This document shows positions 50,026 through 62,947 of a stretch of DNA of 64,000 nucleotides, piece after piece. Each line of letters starts with the position of its first letter. Positions within the stretch are counted from its first letter, which is position 1. Under the pieces are notes generated by a model. The model was not told where the DNA came from and did no database searches. It worked only from the letters and a program-made list of their open reading frames with translations. Origin of the DNA: Chrysomallon squamiferum (Eukaryota; Animalia; Mollusca); the NCBI GenBank assembly GCA_012295275.1, contig CM022674.1:5146001-5210000 (forward strand), in the 5' to 3' direction. The position numbers and the translations under genes were made by a program.

Positions 50026-52204
50026 TAATTTCTATTTTAATATTTATTTATGTAAATTTTAAATTTGTTTATTTATTTATTTTTTTATTTATTATTTGTA
50101 TTTTAATATTTATTTATAATTTTTATCGTAATATTTATTTATTTATGTAATTTTTAAATTTAATTATTTATTAGTTTTTATTTGTTTATTCATTTGTTTG
50201 TTTATATATTTAATTTACTTTTTATTTATCTATTTTTATTTTTATTTATTTATTTTTTTAAGATCTTATTAATTTGAAAAAAGAATTAAAATATATCAAC
50301 ATCTTAGAGTTTTATTGTTTGCACTCTTGAAATTAGTTTTCTTTGAAGCACCTAGAATTTATTTATTTATCATCTGAAATGGTTAACCCTTTTATATTTG
50401 ACAAATTAGTATATTACATAATTCTATCTTTATTTATTTATTTGTTTATTTATTTATTTATTTGTTTGTTTGTTTTTGTTTGATTGTTTTTATTTATTTA
50501 TTGTTTTTGTCTGTCTGTCTGTCTGTTTTGTGTAGAACTTTCTCTTGTTCAGTGTTCTAATCTGTCAGAATTGTTGGAGATTTTTAACTGTCATTTCAAA
50601 ATCCAGTGTGTAGTTTCAGTGATACAGTTTAAACACTTTTTAATTATTATTCTCATTTGTCTGCACTAAATACTTCATTTTAAAACTTTCTTTTAGTTTG
50701 ATTATAAGTCTTCTTTTAACTACATTACAGTAGTAGTAGTGAAAATTTTATTTCTGAAATGGTCATTAATACTTAAAATAAATTGATGAAATAAACTTAG
50801 TTGTAAATTGATTATAAATTGTATAATTTTCACTGAAATGATTATTTGGCATGTTTCAATTGTATGGTTTCTAGTATACTCTATGGTAATAGTAAAAATT
50901 TGATTCCAGAAATAGGCCGTAATATTTAGAATAAGATTCTTTTGATAGAATTACCTTTTATTTATATATGATTATAAATTATATAATTTTAAATAGAATT
51001 AATGTTAAATATTTTTCAGTTGTATGTATAGCCTTCTTAGTTTTCATTACTAAATTTTAATTAATTACTTATTATTATTATTATTATTATTTATCATATT
51101 TTTAGAACTGGTATAAATAAATACTGTTTCCAAATAAGTCTGAAACTTTCATCTTTTAAGAGTTGTTGTACACTATTTTCATACTTTAATACTTTTAATC
51201 TTTCAAAATTGTGTTGTGTGTTTCCAAGGTCATTCACTTTCAATTGTTTGTGGTAATTTTGATTTTTTATTGTTTTTCTCTGGGCCTTTGTGTTATTCTT
51301 ATGGTGTCTTTAACTTTAATTTTACTTTTGTTCTTAAAATGTCAGTTATGAATTTCTCCTTTGAACTTATAGATTATTATATAAAATAAATAAATAAATA
51401 AATTATTATTATTATTGTTATTATTATTATTATTTCATTTGTTTGTAGCCCCATATTATAATCAGTTTCAAATTCAGGGCAGATGAAAATTTATTAACAA
51501 AAGATAAATAATAATATGTCAGAAATATATATATATTTTTTTTCTTTTCTGTAAAGAAATAAGTATTAATTAGAGATCCATGAAGACAATTTGTTTAATA
51601 ATAATAATAAACTTTGACAAAATGTATATTTACGTATAAGAAGTAAACTAATGAGTAAAAAGAAAAATTCTGTTGATTTTTTTATTTTATATTTATTTAT
51701 TTATTTATTTATTTACTTGATATCTGTAAATATATGTGAAGAACAGCTTGTATAAAAATGTTCATTTAAATATGTCATTATCATAGTAAGAAACAGTGTA
51801 TGAACCATAACATATACAATAGATGTTACTTATATATTTATCATTTATCATCATCATGCCATCTCTAAAATATGTAGATAATAATACATGTAAATGTTAT
51901 TTACACACACACACACATTCACACACACATTTTTGTGATTTACTTTTTAAATACTTTTATCTATCTATCTATCTATCTATCTATCTGTCTGTCTGTCTGT
52001 CTGTTTATTTATCTATCTATCTATCTGTTTATTTAAAATACTTATTTATTTATTTATTTATTTAAAATTTATTTATTTATTTATTTATTTATGTGCTTCA
52101 GGTCCCCACCTCCCGAACCGTGCAGTACAGCAAACGATGCCAGTCCTCCGGAAAGTGCTGACATTGTGACCAGCGAAGGCACAGGCCGACAGACACCTCA
52201 GTGA
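33782..52204 (+). CDS. CAMTA: Calmodulin-binding transcription activator (CAMTA1/2 co-ortholog), whole gene span, 21 coding exons, ~1527 aa after correcting two +1 discontinuities
   Basis: CG-1 domain ([59 protein letters not shown]), TIG ([25 protein letters not shown]), ankyrin ([19 protein letters not shown]), IQ motifs ([25 protein letters not shown]); GT-AG introns with matching phases. Confidence 0.97.
34602..34693 (+). CDS. CAMTA: CAMTA exon [30 protein letters not shown]
   Basis: Start of CG-1. Confidence 0.93.
34799..34948. mobile_element. ~150-bp foldback / MITE-like element in a CAMTA intron
   Basis: aaaagatccttacatagtgaaagataccaaacaatttttgagat (34801-) is the near-perfect reverse complement of atctcaaaaattgtttggtttcttgcactatttaaggatctttt (-34947). 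Confidence 0.75.
35324..35391 (+). CDS. CAMTA: CAMTA exon [23 protein letters not shown]
   Basis: CG-1. Confidence 0.94.
36261..36396 (+). CDS. CAMTA: CAMTA exon [45 protein letters not shown]
   Basis: CG-1 core. Confidence 0.98.
36747..36818 (+). CDS. CAMTA: CAMTA exon [24 protein letters not shown]
   Basis: CG-1. Confidence 0.97.
37350..37491 (+). CDS. CAMTA: CAMTA exon [17 protein letters not shown]...[15 protein letters not shown]
   Basis: End of CG-1 plus W.KEELI.QL.PM motif. Confidence 0.96.
38268..38314 (+). CDS. CAMTA: CAMTA exon [15 protein letters not shown]
   Basis: Needed to bridge phase 1 to phase 0; donor gtaagt. Confidence 0.85.
38541..40176 (+). CDS. CAMTA: CAMTA large low-complexity/polyQ exon ending at the TIG start ([12 protein letters not shown]); contains a +1 frame discontinuity within 39709-39809
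   Basis: ORF 38625-39809 is in frame with the acceptor; ORF 39718-40203 is in frame with the donor; length 1636 = 3n+1. Confidence 0.85.
40560..40686 (+). CDS. CAMTA: CAMTA exon [42 protein letters not shown]
   Basis: TIG/IPT domain. Confidence 0.97.
41425..41559 (+). CDS. CAMTA: CAMTA exon [28 protein letters not shown]...EWFSMT
   Basis: End of TIG. Confidence 0.95.
41996..42090 (+). CDS. CAMTA: CAMTA exon [31 protein letters not shown]
   Basis: RL.Q.E.R motif; donor gtgagt. Confidence 0.92.
42148..42452. repeat. ~106-bp tandem triplication ending in the acceptor and first 15 nt of the ankyrin exon
   Basis: tataatgtttaggatgttg...aatttcagagtcatgtaaatcaa at three positions (exon-like starts 42224, 42330, 42437). 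Confidence 0.92.
42437..42618 (+). CDS. CAMTA: CAMTA exon [17 protein letters not shown]...[24 protein letters not shown]
   Basis: Ankyrin repeat. Confidence 0.95.
43084..43159 (+). CDS. CAMTA: CAMTA exon [25 protein letters not shown]
   Basis: Ankyrin repeat. Confidence 0.95.
43407..44127 (+). CDS. CAMTA: CAMTA exon [21 protein letters not shown]...RLVQMDT
   Basis: ORF 43407-44147; ankyrin followed by an S/P-rich linker. Confidence 0.95.
44773..44883 (+). CDS. CAMTA: CAMTA exon [36 protein letters not shown]
   Basis: Phase 1/1; tag acceptor, gtgaga donor. Confidence 0.88.
45629..45846 (+). CDS. CAMTA: CAMTA exon [20 protein letters not shown]-[disrupted 45691-45769][26 protein letters not shown]
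   Basis: LA.QIIAA motif at the 5' end; 3' end is phase-consistent with the next exon; length is one base too long. Confidence 0.75.
46507..46688 (+). CDS. CAMTA: CAMTA exon [24 protein letters not shown]...[12 protein letters not shown]
   Basis: E.DF.QLTLS motif. Confidence 0.95.
47286..47443 (+). CDS. CAMTA: CAMTA exon [24 protein letters not shown]...[14 protein letters not shown]
   Basis: IQ motifs. Confidence 0.97.
47963..48144 (+). CDS. CAMTA: CAMTA exon [31 protein letters not shown]...[10 protein letters not shown]
   Basis: IQ motifs. Confidence 0.96.
48728..48790 (+). CDS. CAMTA: CAMTA exon [20 protein letters not shown]
   Basis: Phase 2/2; completes the IQ-like FRSHY; donor gtgaga. 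Confidence 0.85.
49773..49823 (+). CDS. CAMTA: Candidate 51-nt in-frame cassette exon (S)[16 protein letters not shown](L)
   Basis: Long pyrimidine tract plus cag, donor ct|gtgagt, phase 2/2, no stop. Confidence 0.45.
49895..49925 (+). CDS. CAMTA: Candidate 31-nt frame-switching microexon (R)[10 protein letters not shown]
   Basis: Acceptor catgctctcag, donor agg|gtatgt, TGCATG at 49952-49957; open when entered in phase 2. Confidence 0.6.
52102..52204 (+). CDS. CAMTA: CAMTA terminal exon [33 protein letters not shown] (alternative frame [19 protein letters not shown], stop 52159-52161)
   Basis: GC-rich island after a pyrimidine tract and cag; phase 2 fits exon 48728-48790. Confidence 0.8.
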
Positions 52205-55182
52205 CGGAGTAACAAAACAACCACATTCTGTTGATGCTCATCAAAATTTGCTACATTATTTTTCAATTTTTTCAATTATTTTTGTGTTGTTTTTAAAAAA
52301 AAAAAAAAATAACAAAAAACAAAAAAACAACTTATTAATATGTCTCATTGATGTCTGATTGTTTCTGTTGTTGTTTTTTTTTTTCTTATTCAGACTGGTA
52401 AAAGTTGGTCTTGTTTTGGCTGACATATTGTATTGATTATCTTGTTAACATGACAAGTTAATACTTCATTTTTTTTTTACTTGGTATTTGTTTGTTTATT
52501 AATTAATTTATTAATTTATTTATTGATAATTGCTTTGTTATTTCATACCAGTGGGAATTTTAATTATGCATGTGATGTTATCCATTGAAGTGGAAGTGTT
52601 AATTGTACATCAAAGTGTTTGTGCTTACTGTACAAGGAAGTGTTTGGGTTAATTGAACAGATGGTGAAAAAAAAGATTGAAATGCTGAAGTATGTCACAA
52701 AAGTGAAGGAAACAGCAAAAAGCTCGTGCTAAATGTACGAATGATAATATAATAAGATTTAATTTAGCTTCTGAAATACAATTATAACATTTAATGTAAT
52801 ATACTTTTTAAAATATAATTAAAATTTTATAGCTTCTTGAATATAAAATTTAATGGCTTATGTGTTTTTAAATATAAGATTGAACGGTTACACCTTTTAA
52901 AATGAAAATGATTTAACAGGTTTTGTTTATTAAAATACATTATACAGTTAAAAGATTTAACAAGTTATAAATTCTAAAAAATACAAGATTAAATGGATCA
53001 TCCTTTTTATAAATATAAATTTTGTAGCTTTTAAAATGATTTAAGATTTAAGAATGATGTCATCAAAACGTTAAAGGAACTTAGTTCAAAATATTTAAGA
53101 AGCTATAAGATTTACTAGACTAAAATTTTAGAATGATAAAAGAATTAGCTTTCTTATTGAGCAAGTTTTGAAAAAAGAGGGAAGAATAATTATCACTTAA
53201 AACTTTATTTGAGAATAGAAATGCTGGCTGTGTTATTAAAAAGTTGACGGAAGTTAAAAGAAGTAACAATCATTATTTCTGATAATCAATACACTTAGAC
53301 ATGAATATCTTTATTTGAATCAAAACAAATTATAGACTGATAGCAAACATATTTTAATTATACTGCTTGATATATTTGTCAAGTTTTACATTTTATGTTT
53401 AAAAAAAAAAAATGATATTGTGGCACAATGCAATACTTGTTTATCAGAAAAAGAACATTACTTTACTTCTGCTTATTCTGGTCTTGTAGTCGTGGTGATT
53501 GAAGAATTAACTAATTCTGCCAGATGAAGTAACTAAAACTGCCTCTTTTATAGAATTGAAATGACATCTCTTGTACCTTTGTAAAGGCTGCTGCATTCAT
53601 ATGTAGCTCTGTCTTAACACTATAATCTAGTTCTAGCAGCATCTTAATGCAGTTTGTTGTGTTGTTATGTCATGTTACCATAATGTTGCTCTCTAATTTC
53701 ATAACAGACTGTCAAGACACCACATTGGGGACGTAGCATGGATTCTTAATTGGGTTCTGACCTTATATACTGGACTTTAACGTTGATTCATAATATGGAT
53801 TCATAATTACTGGGTTGTAGCATGGAAACAGTAATGAGACCCTAGAAAGGATTCATAATGGGGCTTTGTCAAACCACCACAATCAGGCCTCAACAATAAT
53901 AAGTCTTGTTCTTAGCTTCATAATGAAGCTCTGTTGATCCATTTGAAGAAAGCGTTCTGATTTCAGTCTTAAATTTTTATCTTGTAGTACCTTGTTGATG
54001 AACTGTTGTAGTGTTATCACTATGGAGTATTTCACAGTAGAGCCTTGTTATGGCATTGTAATAGGATAATTGCAGAGCTCTAAGATATTACAGCCATAAT
54101 AGAGAAGTTTATAATTGCACCATTGTGATGTCATAACATCAAACTGAGTTTGTTTGTAGAAAAGGCAGCTAGTTTGTTTTTAGAGGTCACATACTGTACA
54201 GGATTACTTAAATTTTGATGGATACAGTCACAAGACAGGTTTTTATTCTCTCATAATAATAATGTATTTGGATTCAGTGAAATGAAGAATTTGTTGAGCA
54301 AAAATGGAGAGGTGGCGCAATTAAATAAATTAAAATTAAAAAAAATTAAAAAAAAAGAATAATAAAAAGTCAAAATAAAAAATATAAAAAAATTAATAAA
54401 TTTTTTTTTTTAGAAAAAGTTATTAAGAAATAAATGTTAATAATACTTTAAAAATTTAATTAATTTTATTGTATATGGGAAAAAATAAAGATCATGATCA
54501 ATGAAAAATTTAAAATTAAAAAAATAAATAAATGAAAAAGTGAATTATTGACTGTTTTGATCAGGTGATATAATTATTCACAACAAATGAATAATATATC
54601 ATTGAAATAGAAACTGAATTGTGTATTTTTTTAAATAGTGTAGTGGCTGTATTAAGTCTGTTTAATATTTAGCTTCACGTTACCCAGTATAGCTTGATAG
54701 TTATTAACTACCCAGATCTGTTATTGGCATTTCTTTAGAAACAGTTGAATCTGCAGAAAATTGAAGTGAAAAGTCCATAGATGTTGATGGTTTTTGTTTT
54801 TGTTATTATTTTTATTTTTAATTTTTAATTAAAACTAAGATCTGTCTCAAAACCTTTCAGTTAAAGAAAATTAAAGTCAGAAAAATAAAATACTCTTTTT
54901 ATTATCTATATATATGTTCATAATGTATATATATATTTTTTATTATTATTATTTATTTATTTAAATATTTCATTATTATTCCCTTTTCATAAATTAAAAG
55001 GTTGTGCACATGTCATAAATGAGCATCATGTAAACATAAAAATTTTTATTTATTGAAATAGATTTAACTCTTGTTACCTGTAATGCACCTGCAATTCTAA
55101 TTATTGTTATTTATATCTGTAAATAATTGTTCTGTAGTTGTTGAAATTAATCTAGTTTTCTACCGCACAAAATTGAAAAATA

Positions 55183-55479
55183 CAGGATGTCTCGTAAGTT
55201 TAGAATTGGGGGGAAAAAAAATTCAGAATCTTTATAATTAACACAGTAAAAATGAATGATTGTTGTTAACAATATAAATTTCAGTGTTTTATGAATTAAT
55301 ATTTCTTGAAATTGCAGCAAATACAGAAAAAAAAAAAAAACCTCAAAACTAATTCTGCAGATTGCTGTAGTTGTCTATTTTATTGGCTTACTCAACTTTT
55401 AAAGTTTTGTTAAATTATTAATGTAATATTGATGTTATTATTACTGTTATTACTTTTATTATAAAATCGCTTATTGTTA

Positions 55480-55520
<41 letters not shown>

Positions 55521-55734
55521 AATGTCAGATGACTAAACCACTTGATACAGCAACATATAACCTGAATTTGAAACATAATAACTACCAACATCCTTAAGAA
55601 TACATCTGCATACCTAAGCTACATTTACATGTATCACAAGCAATGGTGACTATGTTTAATTGTATTGTTTTAATAAAATTCTGTGTCACCATTTTGATAA
55701 ATATTTCATAATTCCAAACATATGAGACATCCTG
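55183..55734. mobile_element. Decayed Tc1/mariner-type non-autonomous element (MITE) relic
   Basis: ta|caggatgtctcgtaagtttagaatt (55183-55207) is inverted relative to aattccaaacatatgagacatcctg (55710-55734), 21/25 match; right-hand TA target duplication absent. Confidence 0.45.
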
Positions 55735-58700
55735 ACTGTTAACATTTCTGCACAGAAATAATGAAAAATAGTTTTACATAATTTGTGATCTTTGACTGCA
55801 TCACCATTAGTAATAGTTAATATAGCAGGGATATCATACTCATTTTCTTGTGATATAGGGTTTAATTATTATCATTACTACAACTGCTAATTCTACTACT
55901 ATTACTGTTACTTACATTTTTTTTTGGTGATATAGGGTTTAATAATTACAATTACTAATTCTACTGCTATTGTTACTACTTCACAAATATCACTTTCATT
56001 TTTAATAATTATCATTACTACTATAATTATGCTACAATCACTACTAATGCTGCTGCTGCTGCTGCTACTACTACTACTACTAGTACTACTATTTCTGCTA
56101 CTACTACTGTTCCAATTATTATGATTATTATTGTTCATTTACTTACTAGTTTATTATTTATTTATTTCTACTACTACTACCATTTATTTTCTAATTTTTA
56201 ATTTTCATTTTCTCACAATGCATTGTTAAAGGGCTGAACCTAATCTGATAAAGAAATAATAATAAAATATAAATAAAATATAATAATACAAATAAATAAA
56301 TAAATAGATGAAAAAAGAAAATATGGATGCCAATAAGATAAAATCAATATCGTAATCTCTTTACAAATCTAGTAAAAGTAACACTATTGGTAAAAATAAG
56401 CTGCTGTAAAGCCCTATGCTGGTATCAGTAGTGTGTATATTAAAACATACACACACAAAGATTATAGTCAGTGTTGTTTCAGACAAGGGGGTTGTTATAA
56501 TGAAGATAGGGAAGGAATTTATGGTTGCTATTTCAAAACCCTGTTGTCAGTCTTTGGTGTTAATTATGTTAAACATTTTGTATGTATGTATGTACATTTA
56601 TTTGATTAATTTTACTGTTTATTTATTATTATTATTATTACTACATGATTTTTATTTATTTAATTTTATTTATTCAATAATTTTTTACCCCCCCCCCAGA
56701 AGGATCAGTTTTATTATTATTATTTTTTATAACTAATTTTGGTTTTGTATCTGTTTGTTTTTTAAGTCCATGAAATGTGATAATTTAAAAATATTATTTT
56801 TTATTTTTCACTAAAATTCCTCTGTGATATTTTTATGTGTAAGATAAATGTTTTCATTCTTCTAATCAGTTATCTCTGCATTGTAAATCACTGCTACTAC
56901 TACTTTTACTATTACTACTACTACAGTTATCACTGCACTGTAAATTAAAAGTTACCATGGATTCCTGTTTTACTACTCCCAATACCACTACTAGTACTAC
57001 TACTACTACTACTACTACTAATAATAATAATATTAACAATTATTATTATTGTAACTGTTAATATTTGCATATCATTATCTTTGCATTATTATAATTGTCT
57101 CTTTGTTGTTCTTTTTCTTCTTATTGCTTGGAAATAAAACATGGTAATTCAATTTAAAAACATTTTTTTTTATCTTAAGTATTTGGGATTTATAATTTGA
57201 ATTAATACAACAATTTAAAAATGATAATAATAATAATAATAAATACTGGATAAAATATTGCATATATTTTATATATTTCTTTTTATTTTCTTAGAAAATA
57301 ATCATAATATTTTTTATTTAAAAAAAAATCTATTTCAGTTGAACAGTATAATCTGCTACACTTAGTCATATAATTTATTTTATTGTACATGTATTATACA
57401 TCTATATATCAAACAGTTTAATATATATTAATACTATTTATCTACACTGCTGTCTTGGTCCATATCTGTATGTTTGCAGAACAGTAGTCTGTGTTACCCA
57501 TTATTTATGTTTGTTTTTCTTTGTTGTAATTAAACAATTATTTATTTTGTTGAATTTTTAGATTTGTTACTTTATTGTTAAGCCATGCTTTGAATTTTAA
57601 ATTACATATTAGCAAGGCTGCAGAAATATGTTGTTAAGAAGATTGACATTCAATGCTTCTGTTTGTTCTCACTGGCTGTTACAGCTGTATGGTAAATGTG
57701 ATTTAACACACACTCATTCTCAGATGTATGCTACACAGACAGATAACCACAGGTAACTTGCTCACATTCACAAATGTTCACACACACAAACATTACCCAA
57801 CAAAATTCTGTCAAAAAATGGAAAAAAAAAAAAAAAAAAAAACTTTTGGCAAAAGTTGTTAAAACATGTTCCTTTGTATGAATAAACCTTTATCATTATC
57901 ACCTTACATTTTCTAATATTTTAATACCTTGCGAAAATACGTTTGTGACAGTCCCAGTGTGTGAACATGCCTTCAGCAGAATTGCAAATCTGCATTTGGC
58001 TTATAGTCAATATTTACTTGTTAATGCCTCCAGCAACATTTAGCTTATAGTTGATATTTATTTGTTAATGCTGAAGCTGTTATTTATTTGCTGGATCATT
58101 TGTTTATTTCACTGCAGTTTGTTTGTTAATGCCTGAAGCAACATTTTATATCTACATTTAGCTTATAGTTAACATTTATTTGTTAATATAAAGTCATTAT
58201 TTGTTTGCTAGATCTTTTATTTATTGCAGTTTAGAGTGACAAGACTGCATTTCTGTTTTATGTTGATGGTTTATTCTTGATCAAGAAGTCATTTATTCAG
58301 TTTTACTGTACATTTGTCAGAATTCACAGTTTGTAGTAGAAGTACTTAAAATGTTACTGCCTTCTTTGTAAGGTCTACATGCAGGGTCATAGATGTTTTC
58401 TTTATTTGAAAAATACTAAATACAAACTTGAAACCATTGCTAGCCTCACTGTATTGTACCTCAAAGGAAATGGTTTCTGTTTTAAAGTTGATGGATTTAG
58501 TTGCTGAGTTCTTCAGTCTTATATCCAGGCTGTTCTTAAAGTTTGTTTACTAAATCATTAATTTTTACTAAATTTTTGTATATTAATTTTTTTTAATTTT
58601 AACAAACATAGCATAACAGTTATGATAGGAACTAAAATAATTTTTGTGTATGACAAATCTAACTGAAATTACTGCATTTATTCAAAGAATCTTGGGTGAC

Positions 58701-58984
58701 AGTTTCCAGCTGCCAGTAATATTTTCTATCACAAATTTTTTTTTTAATTATTTATTTTTTATTGGTATTAATTTTTTAATTATTATTATGATTATTATTA
58801 TTATTTATATTGTTTTTAGTTTGTATTTTTGGTTATTATAATTTTTTTTTACCATGACTGGTCACAATATTACTCTTGTCTACCTGTAAGCATATATTAT
58901 ATATTTGTATAGATAATAAATAAAAAAGTAAAATTCATTACACCCATCCAATCAGAGGCCCTTGATATTAACAGAGGAAGAGCA

Positions 58985-59051
<67 letters not shown>

Positions 59052-59429
59052 TAATTGATAGTTAAATATAAATATTTCTTTTTAATAGTGAATAATATTG
59101 TAAGAATACAGATGCATAATGAAACTGAATAAACAGAAAATGAAAAATTAAATATGCAGAGCAGAACAGTAACTGAATATGGCAAAAAAAAAATAATAAT
59201 AATAATTTGATTATGATAGAAAATAACAGAATGGTTAAAAAGAAGAAGCTGTTAAATGTGTTAATGAAAACAATTGAAATTGAATGTAAAATAAAAAGGA
59301 ATAACACAGAATGAATAGAAACTGAATATAGAAGAAAACAAAGAGGAAATATAATGTGAATTTAGAAGAAAATTCTAATAAAAATTGAAGGAAGAAAGTA
59401 AATTAAATAGAGCTGAGAGAATAGAAACT

Positions 59430-59542
59430 GAAATTGGATACTAATATGTAGAGATAGGATACTAATATATTGAAATTGGATACTAATATATAGAAAGTGG
59501 ATACTAATATATTGAAACTGGATACTAATGTATAGAAATTGT
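59430..59542. repeat. 21-bp tandem repeat x5 (aaattggatactaatatatag)
   Basis: Direct reading. Confidence 0.9.
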
Positions 59543-61513
59543 ATATGGCAGAATGAATAGTAACTGAACAGATTCAGTAGAAATTTAACACTGATGAAAA
59601 CAAATTTAAAGCTCAGTTAAAGAATAAACACTGAAAATAACAATCTGAATAGAAATGGAATACTCCTGTGTTAAAACTGTATGGCCAGTGTCTTTAAAAC
59701 AAAAACCAAAAAGGGTAATTTTCCTCTTTGATGCATTGTTTTAGATATTCATATATTGTTATATATTGTTTTCTGTTGCAATTGTTCCAAAATGGGGAAG
59801 GTTTTGATAATTTAGAAGTATTATGTATGGTGTGTTGAAATAATGAAGGGAAAAAGAATGAAGATTAAAATACAAATTGTTCTTTATGATTATTTAAGAA
59901 TTGTTATTTTTCTAACAATAACTGTTTTTTTTTTTTGTTTTTTTTATGGGCATTATCATTTTATTTAATAAATATATAATAAAGTGTTGTGGACAAGATG
60001 GGAAAAGTTGTCATAATAATAAATAAAACTTCTCTCTTTTTTTAGTATTTAAACAACCCCATTCATTTTGAATAAAGGTTTGTGGTTTTTTTTACAGTCA
60101 TTGTCTTTTAAAGATGTAAAAAAAAAAAATTGAATATTTATTAATGTTATTTAAAGTATAATCATTTTAAATTAGACATGGCTGGCAAAAATTCAAATTA
60201 AATAAAAGATAACAGCATTCACACTTAATAATTAATATTAATTTTGAATTATAACTTTCTGTTACAGAGCCTTGTTAAATGTTTTACCTTAACTCTGAAT
60301 TATTTTAGATCTGTTATAGAAATGCATTGTTATATCATTTACACATAAAAATACTAAGCTGAAAGTTACACATATCTCATAAAAAAAAAAAAAAAAAAAG
60401 AAACAAAAAGGAAGAAAAACAGACTCTTTTGTCGAATCAGATTCAGTTTATGTTTATGATTCTATGTTTGATTATAATCAAGTTGTATTATGTAACACCA
60501 TTACTTACGCACTTGTAAAATTACCTATATAAAATCAATGTCCCTTTATTCGCATCATATTTTAGAAAAAAATATAACAACATATCTAATGAAAAGATAA
60601 TCTATTTTCACACATAGTTTACTGTACTGCACAATGTCATATTTGTAATCTGAATTTTTCATATGCAATCTCTGATTCAGGTATTTACCAAGCATTTTAA
60701 AATGATTTATGTCAGGAAAAATAATCTTGTTAACAAGTGACAGCTTTAAGAAAGCCTCAGTTATATTATTATTATTATTCATTTATTTGATTTAGGTGTA
60801 CCTCACAAATAAGTCTGCATGTGTTTTAAATGATTAAGGTTTTTGAAACCATGTGAATTGAAATCTTCTGTCTGACAAAACAAAAAGATTGGAGCTTCTT
60901 GTCTACACTAAGAAGACCTTTGGTTGAATTAAACTATTCTGTCCGTTCTATTGATTATTATTCATGTGTACACTATGTAAGCTCTTTGTTTGAATTAATC
61001 TTTCTATATGCAGATTTTGTTTCATGCAAAACAAGCAGCCTTCACTTAAACTGTTAAAATTTATAAACTATACAAAACAATGAAAGAATGTACAGTCTGA
61101 AAAGAAAAAATATATATATATATATTATATATATAGTTGGTTAGTGATTCTGTTATTTCTTGAACTATTCTTCATATTGTCACCAAGGATACAAATGATT
61201 GTTATTTTAAAAATGTAACAAGGCCTCTGATTGGCTGGTGTATTTGTTTCATTTGCAACGAATGGTTAATCAATTGTTAATGGATGTGAAAATATTATTA
61301 TTATTATATTTTTTTCTTTCGTACTCCGTGTATTTTTATTTTATTCACAAGATGATATTCCTGTTACTCGCATTTGTACTTATTTATTATTGTACATTTC
61401 TTCTCTTTTTTTATTGTTATTAAATGACTGAGATTATGAAACAAATAATGTGTGTGGAAATGTAATTTTGAAATTTTGAAATGTTCATAGTAAACAAATC
61501 ATTATGATTAAGA

Positions 61514-61514
<1 letters not shown>

Positions 61515-61580
<66 letters not shown>

Positions 61581-61685
61581 GATTACTACTATTACATCTA
61601 TTATTATTATTATTACTATTATTACTATTATTATTATAACTTATTATTTTTATTATTACTACTATTATTATTATTACTATTATTA

Positions 61686-61739
<54 letters not shown>
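61515..61739. repeat. (ATT)n trinucleotide tract
   Basis: Direct reading. Confidence 0.95.
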
Positions 61740-62560
61740 GTGTATGTAATATGTAATATGTAATCAAAATTAGCCCACTCGTTCATTATTTATCTATTTA
61801 GTTCAGTTATATGAGTTTAATATAATACGTATAAAACAAAACAGCATTTATCCTTATATTTTCTGTAAAGTGAGAAACTGTTAATTTACAGTGAAATGTT
61901 TCTGCTTAAAACTGTAAATGAAACGAAACAATAAATCTGTTTCTGTTATTACTATTATTTAGAAATAGAATTTTTAACAAAACATCAATTTTCAAGAAGA
62001 ATTTTATCTATGTAATGAAGGCATTTCTTTATTGCTAATCCTTGGGTTGTTCTATCTTACTTATATCATTTATATAATTATATTACTCATGATTTTTTTC
62101 TTTATTATTAATATATTTTTTTCTAAGTTAATGGCTTAATATATGGGATTATGGTATTAATAGTCTATAAATAAAATAGGAAAGGAACTGTTTTAACAAA
62201 TTTATTTGGAAACTTAACACAGTTGTGAATTTTATATATTGTTATATTATATTATTATATTATTATATTCTTTATTATATTATTTATCATTACATTATTA
62301 GTAATATTATCATTATTTATTTATTAATAATATTTTTATTTATTTTTTATTTATTTATTTATCAATTTATTTATTTGTTAATTAGTGGATTTAGAATTAG
62401 AAGTATTAAAATGTAATAAACAATGTAGAGTTAGGAAGATTACAATTGATATTTTACTTATTTACTTCACTTACACCTATATATTTCTTGTTTCTCAACT
62501 TTCTCACCATTTACATTATCTAGCATTAACTGTAAACTCAGTCCTTAAAATGTGTGGAAT

Positions 62561-62591
<31 letters not shown>

Positions 62592-62595
62592 ATTG

Positions 62596-62651
<56 letters not shown>

Positions 62652-62916
62652 GTTAGGTTGTGTTAAAATGAAAGTTGTTGCACAAACGTTTCATGTTATT
62701 TCTTCCACCATCACAAATTATGTGTGTTTACGTCATCACTATGACAACCGATTTGTCTTGTTTATTCTATTACTATTATTCTTATTGTTTTCTTTGTACT
62801 AAATGTGTAACACTTAATGTTATTACATTGATCAACGTTGTTTTCTTTTTTTTTCTTTTTTTCCCTCCATTTTTATGAGTTGGTCGTCAAGACAACTTGA
62901 TGTGAAAGTTACTTTT

Positions 62917-62947
<31 letters not shown>

